Below are positions 13,103 through 26,372 of a DNA stretch of 64,000 bases, in pieces. The DNA comes from Mobula hypostoma (lineage: Eukaryota): assembly GCF_963921235.1 (NCBI RefSeq), contig NC_086101.1, positions 5,706,001 through 5,770,000 of the forward strand. The letters run 5' to 3'. Position 1 is the stretch's first letter. Each line of letters starts with the position of its first letter. The translations under genes were made by a program, and so were the position numbers. The notes under the pieces are model-generated. The model saw only the letters and a program-made list of their open reading frames with translations, did no database searches and was not told where the DNA came from.

Positions 13103-14339
13103 GTATCTGCATCCTTTATAGTTTTAGTATTGAATTCCACAGTTTAGGAGCGTAGTTCAGAAACAGCTGACCTGCCAATCATCTTTTTTCGGAGATTGTT
13201 TAAATTTAAGAGATCGGCTGAAGAAGACCTGAGAGCTCAAGCAGGTTTATAAAATATTGGTCAGGATTGCCGACAGGGAGATAACCCAGCACTGAGAACC
13301 TGAAACTTTCAAAAGTATTTTATTATTGTTTTCTTTCTCTTTATTAACTGCCTTTTGTGCTCCCTTGTTGATATTGGGCCAGGCTTCCCCAGGCATTGTC
13401 CGTTCTCGGACTGGAATGTCCGACTTTTGTGTGCCAGCTCAGAAACCCCTGTGGGTGAATCGCCTGCACAGGCCAACAACAGATGGCATTCGGGGTTAGA
13501 TTCAAGATTCAAGACTTAATGTTTAATTCCATTTCCTGTACACAAGTGTGAAGGAGAATGAAATAACTGTTACTCTGGATCAGATGCAGAACAAAAACCA
13601 GAATGAGATAAACAACACAGGAGACCTGTGCCGGAGAGGTTTTGAAGTGGAAAAGCTGTTGTACTGAGGCAGTTGCACTCTCTTGATCTCGGAAGTCTCG
13701 GTCCAGTCATGGGTGGTTGTCACAAACTGGGGACTTCCTTGGTTGCAGTGCATGACATGACCATGACTTCCTCTGTGGCTAGTTATGCCCTTCGTTCTCC
13801 ACTGAGCATTGCAGAACAGCCTTCCTGGCCATTGGATCTTATTGTTGATCTCTTCCTCCCAGTCTACCGGAGCTGACTTCGCATGCCAGAACAGGCATGT
13901 TCCTATCTTACCAGGGTATGTGACCCGCCAGCTACCCTCACCTGGTTTAGCCCACCTGTCGTATCTGTTGTCCGGGATGTAGCCATTGTCACATGCAAAT
14001 AGCTATTTGGAGCCACAGGTGAGAGCTGAGTGTCCTGTAGGGACCAAAGGTGAGTGAGCTGCCCCAGACTGGTCACGACAAGCCGCTTCACATGAGGTGC
14101 TACCCCACGCCGGACACCTCATACCACAATGTCTTGCACTGTACTGCTGCCACAAAACGACAAATGTCATGACAAACGCATGTCAGTGATGATAAACCTC
14201 TTTCTGCTTGCTGAGCAGGACAGTGGGAGGAGTGCGTTTGAATAGAACCAGAGAATGTCCCATGTTTCCAGGTAAATCTCATGAAGGGTCTCAGTGTAAC
14301 ACGCTAATGTAACGGCCTCTCTGTAAGGTTGACGGTTGG

Positions 14340-16090
14340 GACTTCATTTTCACTATGGATGTCCAATCCCTATACACCTCCATTCCCCATCAAGAAGGCC
14401 TCAAAGCCCTCCGCTACTTTCTGGATAATAGACCTCACCAGTTCCCCACCACCACTACCCTCCCCAGGTTGGCGGAACTGGTTGTCACACTCAATAACTT
14501 CTCTTTTGGCTCTTCCCACTTTCTTCAGACTAAGGGTGTAGCTACGGGAACTCGCATGGGCCCTAGCTATGCCTGCCTCTTTGTTGGTTATGTGGAACTG
14601 TCTGTGCTCCAAACCTATTCTGGTACTGCTCCCCAACTTTTCCTTCGGTACATTGACAACTACATTGGTGCTGCTTCCTGCACCCATGCTGAGCTTGTCA
14701 ATTTCATCGATTTTACTTCTAACTTCCACCCAGCCCTCAAATTCACTTGGTCTATCTCGGACTCTTCTCTCCCCTTTCTCGATCTCTATCTCTGGAGACA
14801 GACTGTCCACTGACATCTTCTACAAGCCCACTGACTCTCATAACTACCTCAACTATACCTCTTCCCACCCTGCCACATGCAAAAATGCCATTCCCTATTC
14901 CCAGTTCCTCCGTCTCTGCCGCATCTGCTCCGAGGATGAGGTTTTCCATTCTAGGACATCCCAAATGTCCTCTTCCTTTGAGGATCATGGTTTCCCATCT
15001 GCTGTCATCAATGATGCCCTCACCCACATCTCCTCCATCTCCCGCACTTCGGTTCTCACCTCATCCTCCCACCACCACAACAGGGACAGAGTTCCCCTTG
15101 TCCTCACCTACCACCCCACCAGCCTCCGGATCCAGCACATTATCCTCCACAACTTCCGCCACCTTCAACAGGACCCCACAACTAAGCACATTTTTCCCTC
15201 TCCACCCCTCTCCGCTTTCCGCAGGGATCGGTCCCTCCGCGACTCCCTGGTCCACACATCCCTCCCCACGGATCTGCCACCCAGCACTTATCCCTGTAAG
15301 CGCAAGTGCTACACCTGTCCCTATACCTCCTCTCTTGCCACCATTCAGGGCCCCAAACAGTCCTTCCAAGTGAGGCAACACTTCACTTGTGAGTCTGTTG
15401 GGGTCATCTATTGCATCCGGTGCTCCCGGTGCGGCCTCCTCTACATCGGTGAAACTCGATGCAGATCGGGGGCCGCTTCGTCGAGCACCTCCGCTCCGTC
15501 CACCACAACAGACAGGATCTCCCGGTAGCCACCCACTTCAACTCTGCTTCCCATTCCCATTCAGATATGTCCATACATGGCCTCCTCTACTGCCATGATG
15601 ACTAAAGTCAGGTTGGAGGAGCAACACCTCATATACCGTCTAGGTAGTCTCCAGCCCCTTGGTACGAACATAGAATTCTCCACCTTCTGGTAATTCCCTC
15701 CCCCTCCCTTCCTCTATCCCTATTTCACTCCGCCCCCTTCCCCAGCTGCCTATCACCTTCCTCATGGTTCCGCCTCCTTCTACTACCCATTGTGTTTTTC
15801 CCTATTCCTTCTTCACCTTTCCTGCCTATCATCTCCCTGCTTCCCCTCCCCTACCCCTTTATCTTTCCCCTTACTGGTTTTTCACCTGGAGCCTACCAGC
15901 CTTCTCCTTCCCACCCACCCCCCCCACCTTCTTTATAGGGCCTCTGCCCCTTCCCTCTACAGTCCTGACGAAGGGTTCCGGCCCGAAATGCGACCGATCT
16001 TTTCCACGGATGCTGCCCGACCTGCTGTGTTCCTCCAGCGTGTTGTGAGTGTTGCTTTGACCCCAGCATCTGCAGATTATCTTGTGTTTA
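14340..16090 (+). mobile_element. Penelope-like retroelement: RT, GIY-YIG endonuclease and pLTR (frameshifted)
   Basis: RT motifs MDVQSLYTSIP, GVATGTRMGPSYA and FLRYIDN. GIY-YIG motif GVIYCIRCSRCGLLYIGET. Hammerhead-like motif at 15961-15995. Confidence 0.93.
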
Positions 16091-16169
16091 CTCATGTATC
16101 CCGACTCTCTGCTTCCTATTGGTTAACCACTTCTCTATCCACGCTAATACATCAATTCTAACTTTATTT

Positions 16170-16475
16170 ATATAGGCACCCGTTAGTCTCATGAGACCAT
16201 GGATTTGTGCCTTGGAGGGTTTTCAGGGCGCAGGCCTGGGCAAGGTTGTATGGAAGACCGGCAGTTGCCCATGCTGCAAGTCTCCCCTCTCCACGCCACC
16301 GATGTTGTCCAAGGGAAGGGCACTAGGGCCGATTCAGCTTGGCACCCGTGTCGTCGCAGAGCAATGTGTGGTTAAGAGCCTTGCTCAAGGACACACCACG
16401 CTGCCCCAGCTGAGGATCGAACTAGCGACCTTCAGATCACTGGCCCGACGCCTTACCGCTTGGCCATGCGCCAAC
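16170..16475 (-). mobile_element. Near-complete tRNA-derived CORE-like SINE
   Basis: Minus strand has A box TGGCCAAGCGG, B box GTTCGATCC, CORE-like gtgtccttgagcaagg.tcttaacc and an A/T-rich tail. Confidence 0.8.
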
Positions 16476-19400
16476 CAACCCTAACTTTATGCCTCCTAAT
16501 TTTATGGATAATTCTTTCATGCAGCACCTTATCAAACGCCTTCTGGAAATCCACGCAAATCATCTGTTCCCCTCTATCCACTGCACTTATTCTATCCTCA
16601 AAGAACTCCAGTAAGTTTGTCAAACAGGACCTGCCTTTGCTGAATCCATGCTGCGTCTGCCTAATGGATCCATTTCTTTCCAGATGCCTCGCTATGTCTT
16701 CTTTAATCATAGCTTCAAGCATTTTCCCAACAGATGTTAAACTAACTGGCCTATAGTTGCCTACCTTTTGCCTACATCCTCTTTTGAACCGTGGCATGAC
16801 ATTCACCTTCTCCCAATCTGCTGGGACCTGCCCAGAGTCCAGAGAATTTTGATAAATTATCCCCAAAGCCTCAACCATGACCTCTGTCATTTCGTTCAGT
16901 ACCCTGGGTTGCATTCCATCAGGACCAGGGAACTTATCTATCTTCAGGCCCACAAGTTTGCTCAGCACTACCTCTTTAGTGATAGTTATTGTATCGAGGT
17001 CCTCACCTCCCATCACATGCATATCATCTCTCTTTGGCATGTTAGATGTGTCCCCCACTGTGAAAACCACTACAAAATAGTCAGGCAAAGCCTCAGCCAT
17101 TTTCTCATTACCCAATATCAATTCCCGCTTCTCGTCCTCCAAGGCCACCCTGGCCACCCTTTTCCACTTTATATAATTATAAAATCTTTTACTATCTGTT
17201 TTTATAGTTTGTGCTAGTTTATTTTCATAAACTATCTTCCTTCTCTTTATTGTTCATGTCGTGGTTCTTTGTTGCTTTTGTTGAGCACCATGAAAAATCT
17301 CTTCCACTGTCATCAGCAATCCCATCAGTGTGATTGCACCCTTCCTATTCCTGATTTCCACACAAATGGACTCAGTGTCGACCCCTCCATTATGTCTCCT
17401 CTGAGTGCTGTTGTCATATTGTCCCTGATTAGCAGTGAAACTCCCTCCCTCTTTTACCTCTTCTTCTATCGTTTCTAAAACTTCAAAAACCTGATACATT
17501 AATCACCCATTCATGTCCCTCTTTCAACCAAGTTTCAGTAATGGCTACAACATTAGAATCAGAATCAGGTTTATTATCACCGGCATGTGACATGAAATTT
17601 GTTAACTTAGCAGCAGCAATTCAATGTACTGATCCATGCTCCATCCTCCTCCCTCCCGTCCAAGTGTGGGATGGTGCACTTTGTGAGGACAAACTGAGAT
17701 AAGACTTACCTGGTGACTGTTAGGGCTCTTAGGAGTGTGGTGGAACAGAGGGATCTGTGAATACAGATCCATACAGTGATTCATTGAAAGTGGTGTCGCC
17801 TTCATAAGGTCAGAGCATTGAGTACAGGAGTCATGTTGAAGTTGTACAAGGCATTGGTGAGGCCAACTTTGGAGCATTCTGTGGAATTCTGGTCAACAGC
17901 CTACGTACATACACGGTATTCCATCAGCCACTTTTTTGCCCATTTTCCTAATCTATCTGAGTGCTTCAATAACCTTTCTACTTCTTCAAAACTACCTGCC
18001 CTTCCACCTAGCTTCATACCATCTGCAAACTTTGCTGCAAGTTATCAACCCCACCACCCAAATCACTGATGTTTAATGTAAAATGAATTGGTCCCAACAC
18101 TTATCCTTGTGGAACACCACTAGTCACCGGCTGCCATTCAGAAAAGGCTCCCTTTATTCCCACACTTTTCCTCTTATCAATTAGTCATTCCTTTATCTAT
18201 GCTAGTATCTTTCCTGTAATACCATGGGCTTGTGTTTTATTAAGTAGCCTCATGTGTGGCACCTTGTCAAGGTCCATCTGAAGTACACAACATCAATCAG
18301 TTCTCCTTTGTCTATCCAACTTTTTATTTCTTCAAAGAATTACAAGATTTGTCAGGTTAAATTTTCCTTTGAGGAACCCACGTTGATGGTGGCCTATTTT
18401 ACCAAGTACCCCAAAACCACATTCTTAACAATCAACTTCAACAATTCCCCTGAGGTCAGACGAACTGGCCTATAATTTCCTTTCTTCTGCTTCTCTCCCT
18501 TTTTGAAGAGTGGAGTGACATTTGCAATTTTTCATTCCTCTGGAAACATATCAGAGTCTCGTGATTCTTGAAAGATAATTACTAATGAATCCACAAACTC
18601 TTTAGACACCTCTTTCAGGACCCTAAGCTGTACACCATCTGGCCAGGTGACTTACCTACCTTCAGAAATTTCTGTTTCCCAATAACCTTCTCTCTGGTAA
18701 TGGCAACTTCACACCCTTCACCCCCGGCACTCTCAAACATCCAGCATACTGCTAGTGAATACTGATGCAAAATATTTGTTCAGTTCATCCACCATTTCCT
18801 TTCCCCAGTCACTACCTCTCCAGTATCATTGTCTGGCGTTCCGACTCATACTCTTGCCTCTGTTTTACACTTAATGTTTCTGAAGAAACTTTTGGATTCT
18901 TCGTTAATATTATTGGCTAGCTTAACTTCATATTCCGTCTTGCCTTTAAAATATATCTTCCTCTTAGAGATGTATATATCCTGCGCCTTCCAAATTGCTC
19001 CCAGAAATTCCAGTCACTGTCATCCCTGCTAGTGTCTCCTTCCAATTAATATTGGCCAGCTCCACTCTCGTGCCTATGTAATTCCCTGTACTTCACTGTA
19101 ATACAGATACGTCTGACCGTAGATAGATAGATACTTTATTGATCCCAGAGGAAATTACAGTGTCACTGAATCATTACAAGAGCACATGTATACAAATATT
19201 AGAAGAAAAGTAAGAAATTACAAAAAAAATAAATTACCTTAAACAGCCTAACAGGAGGGGGTCAGGGTGGTGATCACTTCCCCGGCTACAGGTTGACTCA
19301 TTATAGAGCTTCCCTATAGCTTCTCCTTCTCAAATTTCAGGGTGAACTTGATCATATTCCGATCACTTTACTTTACCTTTAGCTCTCTAATTGAATCTGG

Positions 19401-20343
19401 TTCATTGCAGAACACCAGCTCAACCATGAGCTGCTCTAAGAAGACATCTTGTAGGCACTCTAGAAATTTCCTCTATTGGGATCCGGTACCAACATGATTT
19501 TCTCAATCTACCAGCATCTGGAATAACTTCTGAAATGCCTGCTTCGCTGTCGCTGCTACTGTGTGATCAAGAATCTCTGGAGGGGAATGCCCCAGATCCT
19601 CGGCCTTGCCTATTGCCCTTTGCCGGGGCCGGGGTCGAAGCGCTTCGCAGAGATGGTACTCGGTGCTCAGTGTCGGAGAGGTAGTCGGAGGCTCGGAGTT
19701 TTCGGTCGGACTTGGAGTCAGACTGTGGTCGGATGCTTCCGGGATGCTGCATCGGCAAGTTTGCGGCGCTGGAGGTTTACCGTCTGCATGAGATGATGGG
19801 ACTTCCAAGTGACTTTGAGACTTTACCGTGCCCATGGTCTGTTCTTATCAAATTACAGTATTGCTTTGCACTGTTGTAACTATATGTTAAAATAATGTGG
19901 TTTTGTCAGTTTTTCAGTCTTGGTTTGTCATGTGTTTCTGTGATATCATTCTGGAAAAATATTGTATCATTTCTTAATGCAGACATTACTAAATGACAAT
20001 AAAAGGGGACTGCGTGTCCTCATAATCTAATCTAATCTAACCTAATATTGAATTCCCCCATGACAATCCCCCATTGCCCTGTTGACATGTATTTTCTATT
20101 TCCCATTGTAATTTGTAGTACATATCTTGGCTATTATTCGGAGGCCTGTATGTAACTCCCATAAAAGTCTTCTTACCCTTGTAGGTCCTTAACTCTAGCC
20201 ACAGCGATTCTACATCTTTGGATTCCATGTCACAATGTCACAGGATTTGATTTCATTTTTCACTAACAGAGCCCTGCCACCCTCCCTGCCTACCTGCCTG
20301 TCCATTTGATACAATGTGTATCCTTAGATGTTAGGCTCCCAAC
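16476..20343 (-). mobile_element. Cluster of decayed CR1 fragments (mostly minus strand) with small LINE-tail inserts
   Basis: RT peptides [10 protein letters not shown] and QHGFSKGRSCLTNLLEFFE, and APE peptides GVTYRPPN. Inserts end in (agat)n, (agaatc)n and (aatct)n tails. Confidence 0.8.
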
Positions 20344-20348
20344 TAAAC

Positions 20349-23300
20349 GACATAGGCAGGAAGAGGGATGAGGTCCTGAAGTGTGAGTTTCGGGAACTAG
20401 GCAGAAGGCTGAAGAACAGGACCTCAAGGGTGACGTTCTCAGGATTGCTGCCAGTGCTACGTGACAGAGATGGTAAGAATTGGAGGAGATGGCAGTTGAA
20501 TGCGTGGCTGAGGAGTTGGTGCAGGGAGCAGGGTTTTAGATTTTTAGATCATTGGGATCTCTTCTGGGAAGGTGGGACCTGTACAGATTGGATGGGTTGC
20601 ACCTGAACTCGAGGGGGAGAAATATCCTTGCAGGTAGGTTTGCTAGCATGGTTCGGGAGGGTTTAAACTAATTTGCGAGGGGGATGGGACCCAGAGCGAT
20701 AGAGCAGTGAAAGAAGTGCATGGAGTAAAGCCAGATCTAACATATGGAGAGGCTTTGAGGAAAGAGAAGCAGAATAAACGGTGTAAAGACAGTAAGGTAG
20801 AAGGGCTGAAATGTGTGTACCTCAATGCAAGAAGCATGAGGAACAAAGGTGATGAACTGAGAGCTTTGATACATACATGAAATTATGACGTAGTGGCAAT
20901 TACAGAGACTTGGCTGGCACCAGGGCAGGAATGGATTCTCAATATTCCTGGATTTCTGTGCTTTAAAAGGGATAGAGAGGATGGAAAAAGGGGAGGAGGG
21001 GTGCCATTACTGGTCAGGGATACTATTACAGCTACAGAAAGGGTGGGTAATGTAGCAGGATCCTCTTTTGAGTCAATATGGGTGGAAGTCAGGAACAGGA
21101 AGGGAGCAGTTACTCTACTGGGGGTATTTTATAGGCCCCCTGGTAGCAGCAGAGATACAGAGGAGCAGATTGGGAGGCAGATTTTGGAAAGGTGCGAAAA
21201 TAACAGGGTTGTTATCATGGGTGACTTTAACTTCCCTAATATTGATTGGCACCTGATTAGTTCCAAGGGTTTAGATGGGGCAGAATTCGTTAAGTGTGTC
21301 CAGGATGGATTCCTGTCACAGTATGTGGACAGGCCAGCCAGGGGGAATGCCATACTGGATGTAGTAGTAGGTAATGAACCGGGTCAGGTCACAGATCTCT
21401 CAGTGGGTGAGCATCAGGGGGACAGTGACCACTGCTCCCTGATCCTTAGCATTATCATGGAAAAGGATAGAATCAAAGCGGACAGGAAAATTTTTAATTG
21501 GTGAAGGCCAAATTATGAGGCTATAAGGCTAGAACTTGCGGGTGTGAATTGGGATGATGTTTTTGCAGGGAAATGTACTATGGACATGTGGTCGATGTTC
21601 AGAGATCTCTTGCAGGATGTTTGGGATAAATTTGTCCCGGTGAGGAAGATTAAGAATGGTAGGGTGAAGGAACCATGGGTGACAAGTGAGGTGGAAAATC
21701 TAGTCAGGTGGAAGAAGGCAGCATACATGAGGTTTAGGAAGCAAGGATCAGATGGGTCTATTGAGGAATATAGGGAAGCAAGAAAGCAGCTTAAGAAGGG
21801 GCTGAGAAAAGCAAGAAGGGGGCATGAGAAGGCCTTGGTGAGTAGATTAAAGGAAAACCCCAAGGCATTCTTCAATTATGTGAAGGAAAAAAGGATGACA
21901 GGAGTGAAGGTAGGACCGATTAGAGATACAGGTGAGAAGATGTACCTGGAGGCTGTGGAAGTGAGCGAGGTCCTCAATGAATACTTTTCTTCGGTATTCA
22001 CCAATGAGAGGGAACTTGATTATGGTAAGGACAATATGAGTGAGGTTAATGTTCCGGAGCATGTTGATATTAAGGGAGAGGAGGTGTTGGAGTTGTTAAA
22101 ATACATTAGGACGGATAAGTCCCCGGGGCCTGATGGAATATTCCCCAGGCTGCTTCACGAGGTGAAGGAAGAGATTGTTGAGCCTCTGGCTAGGATCTTT
22201 ATGTCCTCGTTGTCCACGGGAATGGTACTGGAGGATTGGAGGGAGGTGAATGTTTTCCCCTTGTTCAAAAAAAGGTAGCAGGGATAGTCCGGGTAAATAT
22301 AGACCAGTGAGCCTTACATCTGTGGTGGGAAAGCTGTTGGAAAAGATTCTTAGAGATAGGATCTCTGGGCATTTAGAGAATCATGGTTTGATCAGGGACA
22401 GTCAGTATGGCTTTGTGAAGGGCAGATCGTGTCTAACAAGACTGATAGAGTTCTTTGAGGAGGTGACCAGGTATATAGATGAGAGTAGTGCAGTGGATGT
22501 GATCTATGTGGATTTTAGTATGGCATTTGACAAGGTTCCACACGGTTGGCTTATTCAGAAAGTCAGAAGGCATGGGATCCAGGGAAGTTTGGCCAGGTGG
22601 ATTCAGAATTGGCTTGCCTGCAGAAGGCAGAGGGTGGTGGTGGAGGGAGTACATTCAGACTGGAGGATTGTGACTAGTGGTGTCCCACAAGGATCTGTTC
22701 TGGGATCTCTACTTTTCGTGATTTTTATTAATGACCTGGATGTGGGGGTAGAAGGGTGGGTTGGCAAGTTTGCAGACGACACAAAGGTTGGTGGTGTTGT
22801 AGATAGTGTAGAGGATTGTCAAAGATTGCAGAGAGACATTAATAGGATGCAGAAGTGGGCTGAGAAGTGGCAGATGGAGTTCAACCCGGAGAAGTGTTAT
22901 GTGGTACACTTTGGAAGGACAAACTCCAAGGCAGAGCCCAAAGTAAATGGCAGGATACTTGGTAGTGTGGAGGAGCAGAGGGATCTCGGGGTACATGTCC
23001 ACAGATCCCTGAAAGTTGCCTCACAGGTGGATAGGGAAGTTAAGAAAGCTTATGGGGTATTAGCTTTCATAAGTCGAGGGATAGAGTTTAAGAGTCGCGA
23101 TATAATGATGCAGCTCTACAAAATTCTGTTTAGGCCACACTTGGAGTACTGTGTCCAGTTCTGGTCACCTCACTATAGGAAGGATGTGGAAGCATTGGAA
23201 AGGGTACAGAGGAGATTTACCAGGATGCTGCCTGGTTTAGAGAGTATGCATTATGATCAGAGATTAAGGGAGCTTGGGCTTTACTTTTTGGAGAGAAGGA

Positions 23301-23665
23301 GGATGAGAGGAGACATGATAGAGGTGTACAAAATAATAAGAGGAATAGTTAGAGTGGATAGCCAGCGCCTCTTCCCCAGGGCGCCACTGCTCAATACAAG
23401 AGGACATGGCTTTAAGGTAAGAGGTGGGAAGTTCAATGGGGGATATTAGAGGAAGGTTTTTTGACTCATAGAGAGCGGTTGGTGCGTGGAATGCACTGCC
23501 TGAGTCAGTGGTGGAGGCAGATACACTAGTGAAGTTTAAGAGACTACTAGACAGGTATATGGAGGAATTTAAGGTGGGGTGTTATATGGGAGGCAGGGTT
23601 TGAGGGTCAGCAAAACATTGCGGGCTGAAGGGCCTGTACTATGCTGTACTATTCTATGTTCTATG
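20349..23665 (+). mobile_element. Relatively young 5'-truncated CR1: end of ORF1 esterase plus whole ORF2 (APE-RT) with few lesions
   Basis: ORFs 20893-21504 (AITETW, GDFNFP), 21544-22278 and 22250-23449 (KFADDTK). It has a (ttctatg) tail and a possible TSD TAAAC (20344-20348 / 23666-23670). Confidence 0.93.
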
Positions 23666-23916
23666 TAAACACTTCTTTCGGTCACGATTTAGTGATGCCT
23701 ACAACATCAGACCTGCCAATCTCTAACTGTGCAGCAGGATAACCTCCCTTATTTCATATACATACTGAGTGCATTGATTATTACACCTCCAGTCCTGTAT
23801 TCATCACCCTTTTCAGTTTTGTCCCCCTGTTACACTGCTACTCATCCCACTGACTGTAATTTTGCCCTAACACCTGCCTGTCCTTCCTGACAGACAGTCT
23901 ACACACTGCCTCTACT

Positions 23917-25512
23917 TGTCATGGTCCGGTCCGTGAAGTCCGCATTCCGGTTCACGGTCCGGTCCATGGACTCACTACTCCGAGTCTTCCAGCTGTCCCT
24001 TGTTTGACTAAATCAAAGGCACTTGATTCCTATCTTTGGGCTTGCAATATAAGTAGCCTAGGGATTGAGTGTGGGCTGCTAGGGATTTAGAATATATGTC
24101 TAGTGCTCATTCTGGAGTAGAGGGTGGTGGTAATGCACCATTAAGCTGGATGTCAACCGCCGTAAAACAAGATACAGACAGACAGTGTGGGCTGCTGGTT
24201 TGTCTCGTCAGTCCCCCTTGGAGCAACCTGCTGATGGAAGGCTAGTGAAACCATTTGTGATCTTTAGGCCTGGTTGGAGGACCACTGCTTCATGGAGCCT
24301 TGTTGCCACTCATTGGAGTGGTCTTTGCGGTATGGATTCGGCTGTTCCCAGGCCAGCTGAGTGGCTGCCAGCCACTCCAAGCTAGGTAGGGATCTGGCTG
24401 TTTTCGTAGCCAGCTGAGGTTGCTGGCTGAACTGAGACTTGGAGCTTCCCTGGAGCAGAGATGGAACTGTCTGTCGTTCTTTTGTGTTTGTCTCTTTTTG
24501 TCCTTGCCTCTGTGGGGTAAGTCAGGCCATTTTGCCATTGCCCTGTTGGGGGGAGGTGTGGTCATGTCTTGTCCTTGCCCCCGTGGGGTAAATCAGGCCG
24601 TCTTGCTGTTGCCCTGAGAGGGGACATGTCTTGTCTTTGCCTCTGTTGGATGTCTGGCCGTCCTGCCGTTACCCAAGAGGTGGACCTGTCCCACCTTGGT
24701 GTGGAGATGAAGTTGAGTCCTGGCTTGTTGTAGGATAAGTCCCGGCTCTATGTCTACGTTCTGTCCTGTTTCATGTTAGTGTTGTGTTAAAGATGAGTCC
24801 TGGCTTGTCGAAGGATAAGTCCCAGCTGTATGTTAATGTTCAGTTCCCAGTCTGTCACTCAGCTCCAGCCTCTGAGTTATCAGCCTCTGCATTTGAAGAC
24901 GAAGACCCCAAGCCTCAAGGATCCCAAGCCAAGCTCAAGCTCCAAGACCCCAAGCCTCGAGGATACCGCAGCCAAGCTCCAAGACCCCAAGCCTCGAGGA
25001 TCCCGCAGCCAAGCTCCAAGACCCCAAGCCTCGAGGATCCCTCAGCCAAGCTCCAAGACCCCAAGCCTCGAGGATCCCGCAGCCAAGCTCCAAGACCCCA
25101 AGCCTCGAGGATCCCGCAGCCAAGCTCCAAGACCCCAAGCCTCGAGGATCCCGCAGCCAAGCTCCAAGACCCCAAGCCTCGAGGATCCCGCAGCCAAGCT
25201 CCAAGACCCCAAGCCTCGAGGATCCCGCAGCCAAGCTCCAAGACCCCAAGCCTCGAGGATTCCGCAGCCCAGCTCCAAGACCCCAAGCCTCGAGGATCTC
25301 GCAGCCAAGCTCAAGACCCAAGACACCAGCCTTAAGCCATGTCATGTCCTTGCCTGGTTCTGGGGCTCGAGCCCGAGGCAAGACCCAGGTTCTGGGTCTT
25401 TGTCCAGTCTCGGGCTCGGAGTCCGAGAATTGTCTTGTCTCCAAGCTCAGGCCTCTAGACCCCAGTCACGTCCTGTCCTGAAGCCATGTCATGTCCGTGC
25501 CTGGTTTTGGGG
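23917..25512 (+). mobile_element. Second copy of the solo-LTR family at 3541-4682, 3'-truncated, with an expanded minisatellite
   Basis: Same 5' end tgtcatggtccggtccgtgaa and shared ttctgggg.c.gagcc.gaggcaagacccaggttctgggtc block. Confidence 0.8.
24905..25320. repeat. 37-bp tandem minisatellite (~11 copies) caagctccaagaccccaagcctcgaggatcccgcagc
   Basis: Near-perfect head-to-tail repeats without spacers. Confidence 0.95.
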
Positions 25513-25513
25513 T

Positions 25514-26372
25514 GTGAGGGGATGCAGGAGTGCCCCTATTAACTGTTTGGAGAGAGACATTTATCATTGATGAGAGAGAGAGAGAGAGAGAGAGGAAAAA
25601 AAAAAGAAAGAAATGGAGTTATTTGCCACCGATATGTTGCTTTTGGAAAGGAGAGAGACGAAGATTAACAGTTGGACTGTCACTTTAAGGCATTGGAAGT
25701 AACTTTGGATTTTTACTGAGTTTGGAGTTGGAGACAGCACCGAGCAGCTCGTAAGTTGCTATGGTGACCGAAGGCAGTGTTATTTAATGGACACTCGATG
25801 TTATGATTTTCAGCAGGTTGTTGATATTTCTTCAAGGACTTGTTGGCTGCTTGTTCACTTCTTTGCAGACGAAGGAAGGAGGGACTCTTTGAATGTCAGT
25901 TGATGCTCAGCCCGGTGAAATGGGAGGTCAGATGATAGAGACCTCAGACACATGATCTGGACACTGAATGAGCATTGTTGTGCCCGCAGAGAAAGAGGGT
26001 TTTGGAGGATCGATCAGGTGGATCGATTCCAAACTGCTATTCCAGCGGTGGAAAAGGGGTTGACTGGTGGGGAGTTGTCTATGTGTCCACCCTTGCCGGG
26101 GTGATAACTCCACCACAGGAAAACCGGCCCCCCCGGTTAAAGTCACAGTCAGTGACTTGTAAAGGATTTCGGAGGACGACGAGCAGATCCGCGGCATCAG
26201 CTCACCTGAAGACTCTTCTCTCCCCCTCTCTCCCCCGAACTTTACTCAACATCGTAAGACTGTATATTTTTACCACTAGAATTCAAGAAGCTTGGTTTTC
26301 ATACATATATATTCCACACTTACTTTTATTTATATATATATAATTGCTAACGTGTGTGATTTATTTACATTG
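25514..26372. mobile_element. Unclassified LTR-like interspersed repeat containing (GA)n
   Basis: Begins TGTGA where the previous LTR is truncated. Non-coding, with an AT-rich end. Family not identified. Confidence 0.35.

Noticed and set aside
16400..16475. tRNA gene
   Set aside because: A and B boxes are present but continue into a CORE-like SINE body, with a second decayed copy at 2555-2680. It is a SINE head.
20893..23449. Active autonomous CR1 or a novel RT system
   Set aside because: ORF2 has a stop and frameshifts and the element is 5'-truncated. The RT is of the ordinary CR1 type, not retron, DGR or group II intron.
24784..25570. Long repetitive ORFs on both strands / possible CRISPR-like array
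   Set aside because: These are products of a stop-free 37-bp tandem unit inside an LTR. The repeats are contiguous with no unique spacers, and there are no cas genes.
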